A stretch of DNA of 64,000 nt from an uncultured virus (IMG/VR IMGVR_UViG_3300008117_008405) (Duplodnaviria; Heunggongvirae; Uroviricota; Caudoviricetes). The position numbers and the translations under genes were made by a program. The stretch lies in IMG/VR virus record IMGVR_UViG_3300008117_008405. One strand, written 5' to 3'. This document shows positions 29,963-38,732 of this stretch, piece by piece (position 1 is the first letter of the stretch; every line of letters begins with the position of its first letter). The notes under the pieces are model-generated. The model made no database searches. It saw nothing but the letters and a program-made list of their open reading frames with translations, and was not told the DNA's origin.

Positions 29963-30184
29963 TCAAAATTCACCGATATAGACAGATATTGGTTCATATG
30001 TTTCTTCTCCAATTTTAATTTGACCAATAGCTTTGCCACCAGTCTCAAATGCCATACTGGAGTAAACACTAAGTCTTTGGTTTGAATTTACTTTTATTAG
30101 TTGGCTTTTGTCGAGGTCAGATAGAATCTCAATTAGTTTTCCAACTGAGATGTATTCTTCTTCTGGATATTCTGATGTAAACAT
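29963..30184 (-). CDS. hypothetical protein
   Basis: SD GGGAGG; 73 aa. Confidence 0.6.
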   Translation of the reverse strand: MFTSEYPEEEYISVGKLIEILSDLDKSQLIKVNSNQRLSVYSSMAFETGGKAIGQIKIGEETYEPISVYIGEF

Positions 30185-30206
30185 GATTCCTCCATAAATA
30201 AATGAG

Positions 30207-30389
30207 TTAATTGTTTAAATCCTCGAACTTCCAACAATTACTGTTGTACCAATGTCCAAATCCTAACGCTTGGTGTATCCTAAACGCTGTGCTTTGAGGA
30301 CATAGGAATCCAAAAACTCTTCTCTTGAAAAAGAATGTTCCATTTGGGAATGCATTACCTTCAGGGATTGCTGCGTGTTTCAGGATCAT
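30207..30389 (-). CDS. micro-ORF family member (singleton)
   Basis: MILKHAA...NSNCWKF. Confidence 0.5.
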   Translation of the reverse strand: MILKHAAIPEGNAFPNGTFFFKRRVFGFLCPQSTAFRIHQALGFGHWYNSNCWKFEDLNN

Positions 30390-30467
30390 TTTTTCTTTCA
30401 CAATTTCTTCAATATATATTCATATAACTTTAACATACTTTGCAACGCCAGCATGGTTAAATAAAGT

Positions 30468-31139
30468 ATGCTTGATGCGATTATTATCTCTGACATTCAT
30501 CTAGGCTCCGATGTGTGCCAAGCAGAAGCCTTAGACAAATTCCTCAAGAAAATTGATAAACTACAGCCACAAAGACTCATAGTCAATGGCGATCTGTTCG
30601 ATTGCCTCAATTTCAACAAACTCCCAAAACACCATTGGCACATTCTCAAAGACCTCAGAAAATTATCTAAACACACAGAAGTTATCTGGATTAACGGTAA
30701 TCATGACGGACATTATGAATATGTTAGTAACCTCCTAGGACTTGAATTTTTCCAAGAATACACTTTTGAAAGTGATAATAAAAAAATAATTTGCCTGCAC
30801 GGAGATAGATTCGATAGCTTTATTCAAAAGTATCCCATGTTCACCAAATGTGCCGATGCAATTTATTGGCTTATGCAAAAATTAGATAAAAGCCATTCCC
30901 TAGCCGTCTATGCCAAAAAGAACAGCAAGACATTCCTCAGAAATAGTGAAAGAATAAAGACTGAAGCGGTGAAATATGCGAAAGAAAACGGAGCAGATAT
31001 TGTCCTGTGTGGTCATACTCATTTCCCAGAAACAACTTTAGTAAAAGGAATATGGTACGGCAATTCCGGTTGCTGGACTGACAAACAATGCTCCTACTTA
31101 ACCGTTTACCAAGGAGCAGTTACCCTGAATTATATATGA
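30468..31139 (+). CDS. calcineurin-like metallophosphoesterase, PlcP/LpxH-like phospholipase C
   Basis: ISDIHLG, NGDLFD, GNHD, HGDRFD, CGHTH, NSGCW. Confidence 0.8.
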   Translation: MLDAIIISDIHLGSDVCQAEALDKFLKKIDKLQPQRLIVNGDLFDCLNFNKLPKHHWHILKDLRKLSKHTEVIWINGNHDGHYEYVSNLLGLEFFQEYTFESDNKKIICLHGDRFDSFIQKYPMFTKCADAIYWLMQKLDKSHSLAVYAKKNSKTFLRNSERIKTEAVKYAKENGADIVLCGHTHFPETTLVKGIWYGNSGCWTDKQCSYLTVYQGAVTLNYI

Positions 31140-32137
31140 ACATACTAATAGCCACAGACGCTTGGGAACCACAAGTAAACGGCGTTGTCAAAACACTAAA
31201 AAATACTATTCAAAAACTTGAAGAAATGGGACATATAGTAAAATTAATAACACCATCGGATTACTGGTGCTTCAAAGTTCCATTCACAAAAGATATACTT
31301 ACTCCATATTGGGTCAGAACCAAAACAATCAAAGATAAAATTGAATGGGCTGATTATATCCATATAAGCACAGAAGGAACTATAGGACTAGCCGTAAGAA
31401 AATATTGCATCAAAAAGGGTTACCAATTCACCACAGCTTATCACACAGATATTCCCAACTTCTTCTATAAAACATTTGGTTTTGGCCTAAGATTATCCAA
31501 GAAATATCTAAGATGGTTTCATAACAAATCAGCCTGTGTCATGGCTACTACCGAACAGAATATACTTATTTTGAAGTCTTATGGGTTTACTGCACCAATA
31601 AAAATTTGGAGCAGAGGTGTCGATACTGATCTGTTTGTTCCTGTTGCAAAAGAAAAGTCAGATAGGATTCGTCTGGTCTATTGCGGCAGAGTTAGTCCAG
31701 AAAAAGGACTTAATGACTTCGTTCAACTGGATAACCTTTATGAAAAGACAATCATAGGCGATGGAATCTGTTTGGATTCTTATCAGTTTATTCATCCAGA
31801 GATTAGATTCACAGGATTCTTACATGGCAAGGAATTAGCAAATGAATTGGCTTCCCATGACATTTTTGTATTCCCAAGTAAATTTGATACATTTGGACTG
31901 GTTAATATTGAAGCCATGAGTTGTGGGCTACCAGTAGCTTGTTATGATTGCAAAGGTGCTGGTGAAATAGTATCTGGTGGTAAAAGAATAGGATATGCTT
32001 CTCATGATTTGAATTTCGCTATTAAAGAATGCCATGATCTTATTTATAACAATAATTGCAGAGAACATGTTTTAAAAAATTACACTTGGAATAACGCTAC
32101 TTCTCAATTCTTTGGAAATTTAGTTAGGAAAATATGA
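31136..32137 (+). CDS. GT4 glycosyltransferase, Agt-like diacylglycerol glycosyltransferase
   Basis: MNILIATDAWEPQVNGVV, HISTEG.IG, FTTAYHT, WSRGVD, GRVSPEK, VFPSKFDTFGLVNIEA; ATGA overlap with the phosphoesterase. Confidence 0.85.
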   Translation: MNILIATDAWEPQVNGVVKTLKNTIQKLEEMGHIVKLITPSDYWCFKVPFTKDILTPYWVRTKTIKDKIEWADYIHISTEGTIGLAVRKYCIKKGYQFTTAYHTDIPNFFYKTFGFGLRLSKKYLRWFHNKSACVMATTEQNILILKSYGFTAPIKIWSRGVDTDLFVPVAKEKSDRIRLVYCGRVSPEKGLNDFVQLDNLYEKTIIGDGICLDSYQFIHPEIRFTGFLHGKELANELASHDIFVFPSKFDTFGLVNIEAMSCGLPVACYDCKGAGEIVSGGKRIGYASHDLNFAIKECHDLIYNNNCREHVLKNYTWNNATSQFFGNLVRKI

Positions 32138-32379
32138 AATTTATAGATAGTATATTTGCGGGTTTGACCTGTATTATTTGTTCGTTTCTTGTAATGTCTC
32201 AAGAGAATAGTTTTCAAGATATGCTTGAACGATTTGATTGTAATTGCAATATGATGTTGGAGAAGCATGAATTACCAAAAAAGATATGGCATAAAGTTGG
32301 TAGTAGAGATTGGGACAAGAATGGATTGGTAGATAGAAAAGAATATGAAGGAATTATTGGTTGGTTCGGGAGGGAATGA
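32134..32379 (+). CDS. hypothetical protein
   Basis: ATGA overlap; EF-hand-like DWDKNGLVDRKE. Confidence 0.45.
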   Translation: MKFIDSIFAGLTCIICSFLVMSQENSFQDMLERFDCNCNMMLEKHELPKKIWHKVGSRDWDKNGLVDRKEYEGIIGWFGRE

Positions 32380-32536
32380 TCTCTAGGATTTTCTGCCCCA
32401 ACCTTTTGTACCCGTCTTTTACATCCTTGATTGCATCTTTAAGAGTGCCTCCAACTACCGTAGCAGTTCCCCATCTCTCTTCTTTAACCTTACCAATTTT
32501 GAAAATGAATCGGACTTTGAAATTGTGTTCGGTCAT
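32354..32536 (-). CDS. hypothetical protein
   Basis: MTEHNFKVRF..., 60 aa. Confidence 0.45.
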   Translation of the reverse strand: MTEHNFKVRFIFKIGKVKEERWGTATVVGGTLKDAIKDVKDGYKRLGQKILEIIPSRTNQ

Positions 32537-32588
32537 ATTATATACCTTTATGTTTGAAACTAGATTTATTTTATTATAAGGTTGATTT

Positions 32589-33341
32589 ATGAATTTTAAA
32601 TTTTGGTTAGTTGAAGAAGAGTCTTCCAATAGGGAATATTGGGGTCCAATTAGTTATGCTACTAAAGAGGGTGATTATCTTAAAATTACAGCTGACATGC
32701 TTGATAAGCCACTTTATATTCCTTACAGCGATGAAGTTGCGTATGTCAACCAATATCCTAAAAATAAAACTTTAAATCCACCTTGGAATAAGTATTTCCG
32801 TTATTCTGTTGCCCCAGATGGAAAATATGTTGTAAATTATGTTGAGAACAGGGCTGTTGACTGCCTTTGCTATTCACCAAAATACAATGCTGTCTATTTG
32901 ATTGATAGGAAAGCACCTCCTTTCGGCATAGCCATTCCCGGCGGTTTTTTCGATACGCATGACGGTATTAATGTGAACAATCCATCTGATCCACAGACTA
33001 TTGGTGCGGTTACAGCTGCTAGAGAATTAGAGGAAGAAACTGGTGCAAAGGTAAGTGCTAGTGATCTTTCGTATATTGGTCGCTTCAGGACAGATGCGTC
33101 TGATACAAGAGAAAAGAATTTTTATATCTGGGCTTACTTTTACATCGTTCCAGATGATATGATTCATGATTTCAAGTTTGGTGATGATGCTGGTCAGGCA
33201 CCCGGAAGCCCATCTTTACAGCGAGAAGGATTAAATGGTTGGTATGAGGTTGATAATATTCCAAATTTAGTTTTCCCACATCATTATGATATTATAAAAA
33301 CAGCAATGAATAATTTAGTCAATCAAAGGGAAAGTAAATGA
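32589..33341 (+). CDS. Nudix hydrolase
   Basis: AIPGGF...AARELEEETG Nudix box, GDDA, LVFPHH; N-terminal MNFKFWLVEEE. Confidence 0.85.
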   Translation: MNFKFWLVEEESSNREYWGPISYATKEGDYLKITADMLDKPLYIPYSDEVAYVNQYPKNKTLNPPWNKYFRYSVAPDGKYVVNYVENRAVDCLCYSPKYNAVYLIDRKAPPFGIAIPGGFFDTHDGINVNNPSDPQTIGAVTAARELEEETGAKVSASDLSYIGRFRTDASDTREKNFYIWAYFYIVPDDMIHDFKFGDDAGQAPGSPSLQREGLNGWYEVDNIPNLVFPHHYDIIKTAMNNLVNQRESK

Positions 33342-33371
33342 TGCTGGTTTTCAAATTGTAAAAATCTATTA

Positions 33372-33488
33372 TCAAATCCCAATTGTATAAAAGGCTGCAA
33401 AGAAATCGTTGCTGTACTTCCAATACAGGAAAGCCAAAGTTCCAGCCACAATGATTGCTGCAATAATCAATTTATTTTTTGTTTTCAT
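33372..33488 (-). CDS. 38-aa single-TM passenger protein
   Basis: Hand-translated MKTKNKLIIAAIIVAGTLAFLYW...; ATGA overlap. Confidence 0.5.
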   Translation of the reverse strand: MKTKNKLIIAAIIVAGTLAFLYWKYSNDFFAAFYTIGI

Positions 33489-33658
33489 ATACTTCCCCCA
33501 AAATTATAACTGCAAGTAAAGTTGGAATTAAAAACCTGAGTGCGCCAACCTCTAGCTGTCCATTCTATATAGAGTGTCCTATTTTGCATCCAGTTATAAC
33601 TCCTGTAATGACTAAAACGCCAAACTTCTACCATGCTGGGATTTGGAGATCGGAACAT
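33485..33658 (-). CDS. micro-ORF family member (array C)
   Basis: Hand-translated MFRSPNPS...CSYNFGGSI*, 57 aa. Confidence 0.5.
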   Translation of the reverse strand: MFRSPNPSMVEVWRFSHYRSYNWMQNRTLYIEWTARGWRTQVFNSNFTCSYNFGGSI

Positions 33659-33810
33659 CAAAATTTTCTCTCAACAAAATTAAATGAATAAGCTAATCCA
33701 ACTGTAAAAGTCATACTGTATGAAATGCCTCTAAACATATCAGAATTGCTTCTAAAATGCTTCCAAATTAAAATATGACTAGGGGCAGTTTGTTTGTGGA
33801 AGGTTCTCAT
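33658..33810 (-). CDS. micro-ORF family member (array C)
   Basis: Hand-translated MRTFHKQ...FVERKF*, 50 aa. Confidence 0.45.
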   Translation of the reverse strand: MRTFHKQTAPSHILIWKHFRSNSDMFRGISYSMTFTVGLAYSFNFVERKF

Positions 33811-33974
33811 ATGTTGTGTTCCCAGCATCTGCTTTTATAGTCTGGTGATACAAACAACCACGAAATACTTGTTTTATAAACAAGAGCTTCACCCCAATGT
33901 CTGCTGTAGCCTAGTGTATAAAATTTTGAATACTGACGATCTGTATTCCATGAATTGCTGGATGGGTGGGTCAT
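33807..33974 (-). CDS. micro-ORF family member (array C)
   Basis: MTHPSSNSW...SRCWEHNI. Confidence 0.55.
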   Translation of the reverse strand: MTHPSSNSWNTDRQYSKFYTLGYSRHWGEALVYKTSISWLFVSPDYKSRCWEHNI

Positions 33975-34153
33975 CCTCTGAAACCCCAACAAATAGAATT
34001 GAAATATAAATCCCTTGCTCTGTTATGCCAATGCCTAGACCTCCCGCATCCATTCAAATAGGCTAAAGAGCTTTGATATATAAATCTAGAAAATGGGCTT
34101 GATGTACCGAACAGAGTTATTTTCATGCCTTCGACTGTGTGGACTGAAATCAT
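33971..34153 (-). CDS. micro-ORF family member (array C)
   Basis: MISVH...SICWGFRG. Confidence 0.55.
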   Translation of the reverse strand: MISVHTVEGMKITLFGTSSPFSRFIYQSSLAYLNGCGRSRHWHNRARDLYFNSICWGFRG

Positions 34154-34154
34154 C

Positions 34155-34496
34155 TCAATCCCCCTTATGCCCACCCACCAAAATTACAACCCAATACGAC
34201 TTTTTCTCCGATTCAATTTCCCTATTATATGCTTTAGCTCTTGTTACGAAATGCTCAAGATGTGGTTCTAAACTTTCTGTTAGTCTGAAACTGAAAGGCT
34301 TGCCAGACTTGAGTATAATTTCAAATAAACCAGCATAAAATCCAAATTGGAAATCTGTATCAGTAGATTTGTTGCCCCATTTGAATATATCTGCAAATTC
34401 CCAAAAGGGTGATCCAGTATCAAAAAATTCTCCACTAGGAACTGGTTCAAAACTGTCATCATTAGTGGGCAAGAGATCGTCTAAGGGTATCATCAT
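34155..34496 (-). CDS. acidic passenger protein inside array C
   Basis: 113 aa, coupled to micro-ORFs on both sides. Confidence 0.6.
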   Translation of the reverse strand: MMIPLDDLLPTNDDSFEPVPSGEFFDTGSPFWEFADIFKWGNKSTDTDFQFGFYAGLFEIILKSGKPFSFRLTESLEPHLEHFVTRAKAYNREIESEKKSYWVVILVGGHKGD

Positions 34497-34654
34497 TCAA
34501 TCTCCGAAACATAATACGGCAAAGTGTCCCACGCTGACATGGTTCTCAACCCCACAAAATTCCAACTGTTATGAATTCCCCAGCTTAAAAAGGAAGTTTT
34601 ATAATCCCGATCCCAACCCCGACTTCTAGCACAATAGCTTATTTTGAAAATCAT
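34493..34654 (-). CDS. micro-ORF family member (array C)
   Basis: Hand-translated MIFKISYCARSRGW...SWGIHNSW...*, 53 aa. Confidence 0.55.
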   Translation of the reverse strand: MIFKISYCARSRGWDRDYKTSFLSWGIHNSWNFVGLRTMSAWDTLPYYVSEIE

Positions 34655-34728
34655 AAAACAATATCCAAAAAGAAAAAGCGCACAAGTTTTAGCCTGTGCG
34701 CCTTAATATATCAAGTTTTATTGGAAAG

Positions 34729-35070
34729 TCAAGCGTTATTTTGCTGAGAATCCCACAATGCAACAACGCCAATTGCTGCATTCAAAGCAGCATTAACAAC
34801 CTCTTCAGGAACATCTCTATGGCGAATATGTTTGATTTTTTCATCAACATCGGGAAGTACTGCGCCTACTTGCAAATCTGCCTTATTATCCCTGAATGAA
34901 AGATATAACTTGTATCCATACTTCGCACTTTCACCATTAGGGCTGGCTGCTAGCACAACGCCAGCAGATGGATCAGTATAAGCGCAAACTTCACTTGTCC
35001 ACATTCCTTTGTATTTCTTTCCTTCAGAATCTTCCGTAATTCCTAAATGCTTAATATTTTCTTCAGACAT
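34729..35070 (-). CDS. hypothetical protein
   Basis: SD AAGGAG before MSEENIK; hairpin at 34675-34705 downstream. Confidence 0.65.
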   Translation of the reverse strand: MSEENIKHLGITEDSEGKKYKGMWTSEVCAYTDPSAGVVLAASPNGESAKYGYKLYLSFRDNKADLQVGAVLPDVDEKIKHIRHRDVPEEVVNAALNAAIGVVALWDSQQNNA

Positions 35071-35117
35071 GACTTCTCCTTTAAATAAACTACTACTAAT
35101 TATATAGTATTGAAAAT

Positions 35118-35303
35118 TTATTCCCCAGTCCAATTGTGTTTTCTTTCCAATTCTTCAATTCTATTCGCTAAAGAATGAAAGGTGTCAACAACAATATCTT
35201 GCATTCTGCCATGATGTTCTTTATGAATTTTAAACATTTGCCAAGTGAACCAAGCGTTCAGTATGAGTGAGGCGATAAAAAGTCCTATAATTATAGGGAG
35301 CAT
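35118..35303 (-). CDS. single-TM small protein
   Basis: MLPIIIGLFIASLILNAWF; coupled to array D. Confidence 0.55.
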   Translation of the reverse strand: MLPIIIGLFIASLILNAWFTWQMFKIHKEHHGRMQDIVVDTFHSLANRIEELERKHNWTGE

Positions 35304-35506
35304 CACCGCCTCACATTGAATCTGTTGAAAGTAAAACAATGTTCCCTACCGCCAAAACCCAATCCATGAGCAATACTGATCCAGAAGCTTTTGCGAACAT
35401 ATTGCCCATATGATGAAAGTCCAAACAAACCTGTCATGTTATAACGAAATAACCCAAATGGGCTACAGTCCATATAGAATACTGCTTGTGGTTTAGGAAA
35501 TTTCAT
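35303..35506 (-). CDS. micro-ORF family member (array D)
   Basis: MKFPK...; F/G/S-rich, ATGA overlap. Confidence 0.5.
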   Translation of the reverse strand: MKFPKPQAVFYMDCSPFGLFRYNMTGLFGLSSYGQYVRKSFWISIAHGLGFGGREHCFTFNRFNVRR

Positions 35507-35566
35507 ATCCTATTCCCCCAGCACCTGCTATTTTGGCTCATAGTCCAGTATCTGCCTTCAGAAAAA
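35503..35566. repeat. 64-bp direct repeat, copy 1 (61/64 identical to 36154-36217)
   Basis: TCATATCCTATTCCCCCAGCA.CT.CTATTTTGGCTCATAGTCCAGTATCTGCCTT.AGAAAAA. Confidence 0.95.
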
Positions 35567-35584
35567 CCGGAGGAAAAGAAATCG

Positions 35585-36157
35585 TCAGCTCCAATCATAA
35601 TCATCATCATCATCTTCTTCTTCATAAATGGGGCCACAAAAGAATTCATTATCGAAATGCCGACAATCCTGAAATGGGAGTCCCCATACTATTCCACCGG
35701 GCCAGCCACCAAAGTTTTCATTCCATGTTATCTTCCAATAATGACCTCTAAAATAAGCAAAATCATGCCAGTTTTTATTTGTAGCCCAAGATTCATGAAA
35801 AATCGTAGAAGAGGTTGAAAACAACCTAATTCTTTCTCCCCAAGGATTTTCATGCCCACTTTCAACAAGCATCCTCAATGTTGGATTTTCATGCGGAGAA
35901 TTTTTTATTTTATAAATATCAAATATTACAGACCAATCCTCGCAAACATAAAAAAGTTCAATTTCATCATATCCACCTATATGTGGACTGAATCCAGCAG
36001 GTATATCATATAAGCTTTTTCTTGGATAAGAAAGTTCTATGTCCAACCTTAGATGTTTATCTAAAGGTTGAACTGGATATTTTTCAAAATTATTTAAACG
36101 AATATTTATCCATTCATCATAGCTAATTTCAGAAATTCCATTGCATTTAAGTATCAT
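35585..36157 (-). CDS. 190-aa passenger protein flanked by direct repeats
   Basis: Acidic C-terminal tail; starts inside repeat copy 2 and stops beside copy 1. Confidence 0.65.
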   Translation of the reverse strand: MILKCNGISEISYDEWINIRLNNFEKYPVQPLDKHLRLDIELSYPRKSLYDIPAGFSPHIGGYDEIELFYVCEDWSVIFDIYKIKNSPHENPTLRMLVESGHENPWGERIRLFSTSSTIFHESWATNKNWHDFAYFRGHYWKITWNENFGGWPGGIVWGLPFQDCRHFDNEFFCGPIYEEEDDDDDYDWS

Positions 36158-36217
36158 ATCCTATTCCCCCAGCATCTACTATTTTGGCTCATAGTCCAGT
36201 ATCTGCCTTGAGAAAAA
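36154..36217. repeat. 64-bp direct repeat, copy 2
   Basis: Encodes FSQGRYWTMSQNSRCWGNRI* on the minus strand. Confidence 0.95.
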
Positions 36218-36351
36218 GTATAGGAAAAAAAGTCATAATGTTTGAATGTACTGAGAGAAAGCTCGACAAGAGTAGTGCCCCATGAAGTAGATGAGTTATG
36301 CCCTCTGCTGAACAGGCGCATGGAGGATAGGCTGTGGATGCGAAATATCAT
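36154..36351 (-). CDS. micro-ORF family member (array D)
   Basis: MIFRIHS...SRCWGNRI. Confidence 0.65.
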   Translation of the reverse strand: MIFRIHSLSSMRLFSRGHNSSTSWGTTLVELSLSTFKHYDFFSYTFSQGRYWTMSQNSRCWGNRI

Positions 36352-36518
36352 CTCCTTATCTCAATCCCTCTAGACAAAAAGAACACCTCATAGTCCACAT
36401 GATAGTAGATATTTCTAGTGAAGCAACTGCAATAAAATTTTCTTTGGAAAAAAGACCTAGATCTGCTATCCGACCAGCAATGTGCTAAATCTGTTGTTTT
36501 ATACGATGGAATGAACAT
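36348..36518 (-). CDS. micro-ORF family member (array D)
   Basis: MFIPSY...CWSDSRSRS...; TAATG overlap. Confidence 0.55.
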   Translation of the reverse strand: MFIPSYKTTDLAHCWSDSRSRSFFQRKFYCSCFTRNIYYHVDYEVFFLSRGIEIRR

Positions 36519-36709
36519 TAAATTTTGCCTTTCCAGCATTCACTACGGTTGCTTACAGCACTCTGAATAAATCCAAATGCTTGACAGTAATCCCATTCCC
36601 TACGACCAATCCAACTTGTCGGAAAATTAAATGGGAATATTTTGGAGCCAATAAATGATTCGTCCCAGAAGGGTTCGCAGTAGTTCCAGCTATGGATGCG
36701 CTGGATCAT
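36518..36709 (-). CDS. micro-ORF family member (array D)
   Basis: MIQRIHSW...SECWKGKI. Confidence 0.65.
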   Translation of the reverse strand: MIQRIHSWNYCEPFWDESFIGSKIFPFNFPTSWIGRREWDYCQAFGFIQSAVSNRSECWKGKI

Positions 36710-36864
36710 ATATCCCTATTCCAATTAAAAGAAAAAGTTGAACAGCGGTGAAAGCACTTGGATTGCTGCTTTCTAGCTACACACTCTGACCCGACTGACA
36801 TTTTTGAGGTTCATCTGAATAGCTCCTTGAATAGCTTTTTGCCTTAAAAACAAGCGAAATTCAA
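36706..36864 (-). pseudogene. decayed micro-ORF slot
   Basis: Unit-length gap ending ...FSFNWNRDI*, with SYSRSYS in another frame; no continuous ORF. Confidence 0.45.
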
Positions 36865-37040
36865 AAAATCCAATAGTTTTGTGAATAGCCTTGTGAATAC
36901 CCATAACTCCATATTGCCTTGACACCAAATGCCCTGCGCTTTGACAATGTACTATATTTTGTGCCAATAAAGCAATAGCTTGTATCGCTGGCATCATTCC
37001 AGCACCAACATTCTTTGTAGGAGTTAATCAGATGGATCAT
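36861..37040 (-). CDS. micro-ORF family member (array D)
   Basis: MIHLINSYKECWCW...WSYGYSQGYSQNYWIF. Confidence 0.6.
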   Translation of the reverse strand: MIHLINSYKECWCWNDASDTSYCFIGTKYSTLSKRRAFGVKAIWSYGYSQGYSQNYWIF

Positions 37041-37243
37041 ATCCCGCTCCCCCAGCAACTCGACCAAAATCCATAGCGCAATTTCGATCTGCATTGCCTT
37101 TCAAATATCACACTCCAAAAACCCATGCTTCTGCCTACTGTATTCCTCAGAGTGCAATATTGGAAGCGTGGAAAGCAATGGCTAATGCTGTTATCGCCAC
37201 TCCAGCATCCATTGTTTGAAATAGTGTTAATTCGGATAATCAA
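37037..37243 (-). CDS. micro-ORF family member (array D)
   Basis: MIIRIN...CWS...FWS...FWSSCWGSGI. Confidence 0.65.
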   Translation of the reverse strand: MIIRINTISNNGCWSGDNSISHCFPRFQYCTLRNTVGRSMGFWSVIFERQCRSKLRYGFWSSCWGSGI

Positions 37244-37380
37244 AGGCTCCTCACTCGCTCTCTGCTGAACATATAACTATAATATCCACCGTTTAAACGA
37301 CTGCTTACAACATCATAAAAAATGAATTGATAATTGCCTTCTGACCAACATTTGCTGCTTCTCATACGGCAGAACATCAT
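37240..37380 (-). CDS. micro-ORF family member (array D)
   Basis: MMFCRMRSSKCWS...; start uncertain. Confidence 0.5.
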   Translation of the reverse strand: MMFCRMRSSKCWSEGNYQFIFYDVVSSRLNGGYYSYMFSRERVRSL

Positions 37381-37391
37381 TGGAAAGTCTC

Positions 37392-37598
37392 CTAAATTTG
37401 TGTCCTTAAAGCAAATGGTCTTCCGCATGTCATCTGTCCATCGTGAAATGCATTAGACATAAATGAATTTCCTTCAAAACAAAGTGCTGACCCATATTTT
37501 CCATGAAAAGAAACTGAAGTTCCAAAAGAATCAAACAGATAAGAAAATCTTCGTAGATGTAATGTATTCATGCCATTACAGTTTCTAGTGAATATCAT
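37392..37598 (-). CDS. micro-ORF family member (array D)
   Basis: MIFTRNC... Confidence 0.55.
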   Translation of the reverse strand: MIFTRNCNGMNTLHLRRFSYLFDSFGTSVSFHGKYGSALCFEGNSFMSNAFHDGQMTCGRPFALRTQI

Positions 37599-37599
37599 G

Positions 37600-37788
37600 C
37601 TAATCTCTCCACCCCCAGCACTTACTGTAGTACGACCATCTGCTTGTTAATTGGGAGGTCTTACTCAACAATATGGAATACCGATCCCTTTTGCCCACAA
37701 AATTATCTCCCCATATTACGCCTCTGGTGCCATGATGCGACCAGATTTGCCAATGAAATGATCTGGAACTGCCGAACTTATAGAACAT
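37600..37788 (-). CDS. micro-ORF family member (array D)
   Basis: MFYKFGS...SKCWGWRD. Confidence 0.6.
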   Translation of the reverse strand: MFYKFGSSRSFHWQIWSHHGTRGVIWGDNFVGKRDRYSILLSKTSQLTSRWSYYSKCWGWRD

Positions 37789-37982
37789 TAGTCTATCCCC
37801 CACAAAAAAGAATCATTCTTTTGGGAGCAAGTTATATTTTTAGACCAACAATGGGAAAATGACAATGCTGCTCTGGCTGTCATAGCTCTAGTGTCACATA
37901 GACACCAATTATTTCTCCAATTGTGACTGCCAGAATATATTTGGCTGAAGATGGCGCAGTCATGCCCGTTGATGAAAAGCAT
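37788..37982 (-). CDS. micro-ORF family member (array D)
   Basis: MLFING...CWS...FLWGID. Confidence 0.6.
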   Translation of the reverse strand: MLFINGHDCAIFSQIYSGSHNWRNNWCLCDTRAMTARAALSFSHCWSKNITCSQKNDSFLWGID

Positions 37983-38087
37983 CTTGCCTTCTTTTTTTAT
38001 TTTTTATGATAAATTTTCATTATATAATCAAAGTTCGAAAATACAATAAAATTTTGCCATAGTAGTTGGTATGTCGTAAGGAATAAT

Positions 38088-38732
38088 ATGAATGAAATAA
38101 ACCAAAAAATATATGAAAATTTAGAGTTGTGGCCTGAAGATACAGATGGCTGGGGAGGAAATGATTCTATTTTTGAAGAAATGATATCTATGTCTTTGCC
38201 TTCAGTTGTAGTAGAAATAGGTTCTTGGAAAGGCCAATCAACTATTAACATGGGCAAAATTTTAAAAAAACTAGGATTGAAACATACCAAGATATATGCC
38301 ATTGACACATGGTTAGGAGCGACAGAATTTTGGACAACACACAAGGATACTCCAGAAAGAAATCTCCATCTTAAAAATGGTTATCCTCAAATATATTATC
38401 AGTTCTTGAGTAATGTTGTTCACAATAATTTACAAGATACGATTATTCCAATAACAAATACATCAATTACAGGCTTAAAAATATTGAAACACCATGCGAT
38501 AAAGCCAGAGCTTGTTTACATAGATGCATCTCATGAAGAGGAAGATGTTTACGCAGACTTGAAGTACTCATTTGATATGGTAGAAAAAGGAATTGTTTTT
38601 GGTCATGATTATGATTGGTGTGCAGGTGTAAAAAGTGCCGTAGACAGATTTGCAAATGAGAACAGACTAAGGCTTGAATCTAAAGCAGCTTTTTGGTTTA
38701 TAAAAAAGTTGAAATATCCACAAAAAAAATAA
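38088..38732 (+). CDS. class I SAM-dependent methyltransferase (Methyltransf_24-like)
   Basis: GW, VEIGSWKGQS, IDTWLG, YIDASH, GHDY. Confidence 0.85.
   Translation: MNEINQKIYENLELWPEDTDGWGGNDSIFEEMISMSLPSVVVEIGSWKGQSTINMGKILKKLGLKHTKIYAIDTWLGATEFWTTHKDTPERNLHLKNGYPQIYYQFLSNVVHNNLQDTIIPITNTSITGLKILKHHAIKPELVYIDASHEEEDVYADLKYSFDMVEKGIVFGHDYDWCAGVKSAVDRFANENRLRLESKAAFWFIKKLKYPQKK

Noticed and set aside
35503..36217. Diversity-generating retroelement TR/VR pair
   Set aside because: Only three differences, not adenine-specific on either strand, and no reverse transcriptase in the window. An RT elsewhere in the genome cannot be excluded.
33485..37982. CRISPR array or classical integron
   Set aside because: No identical regularly spaced repeats, no cas genes, no attC-like inverted repeats and no integrase seen.
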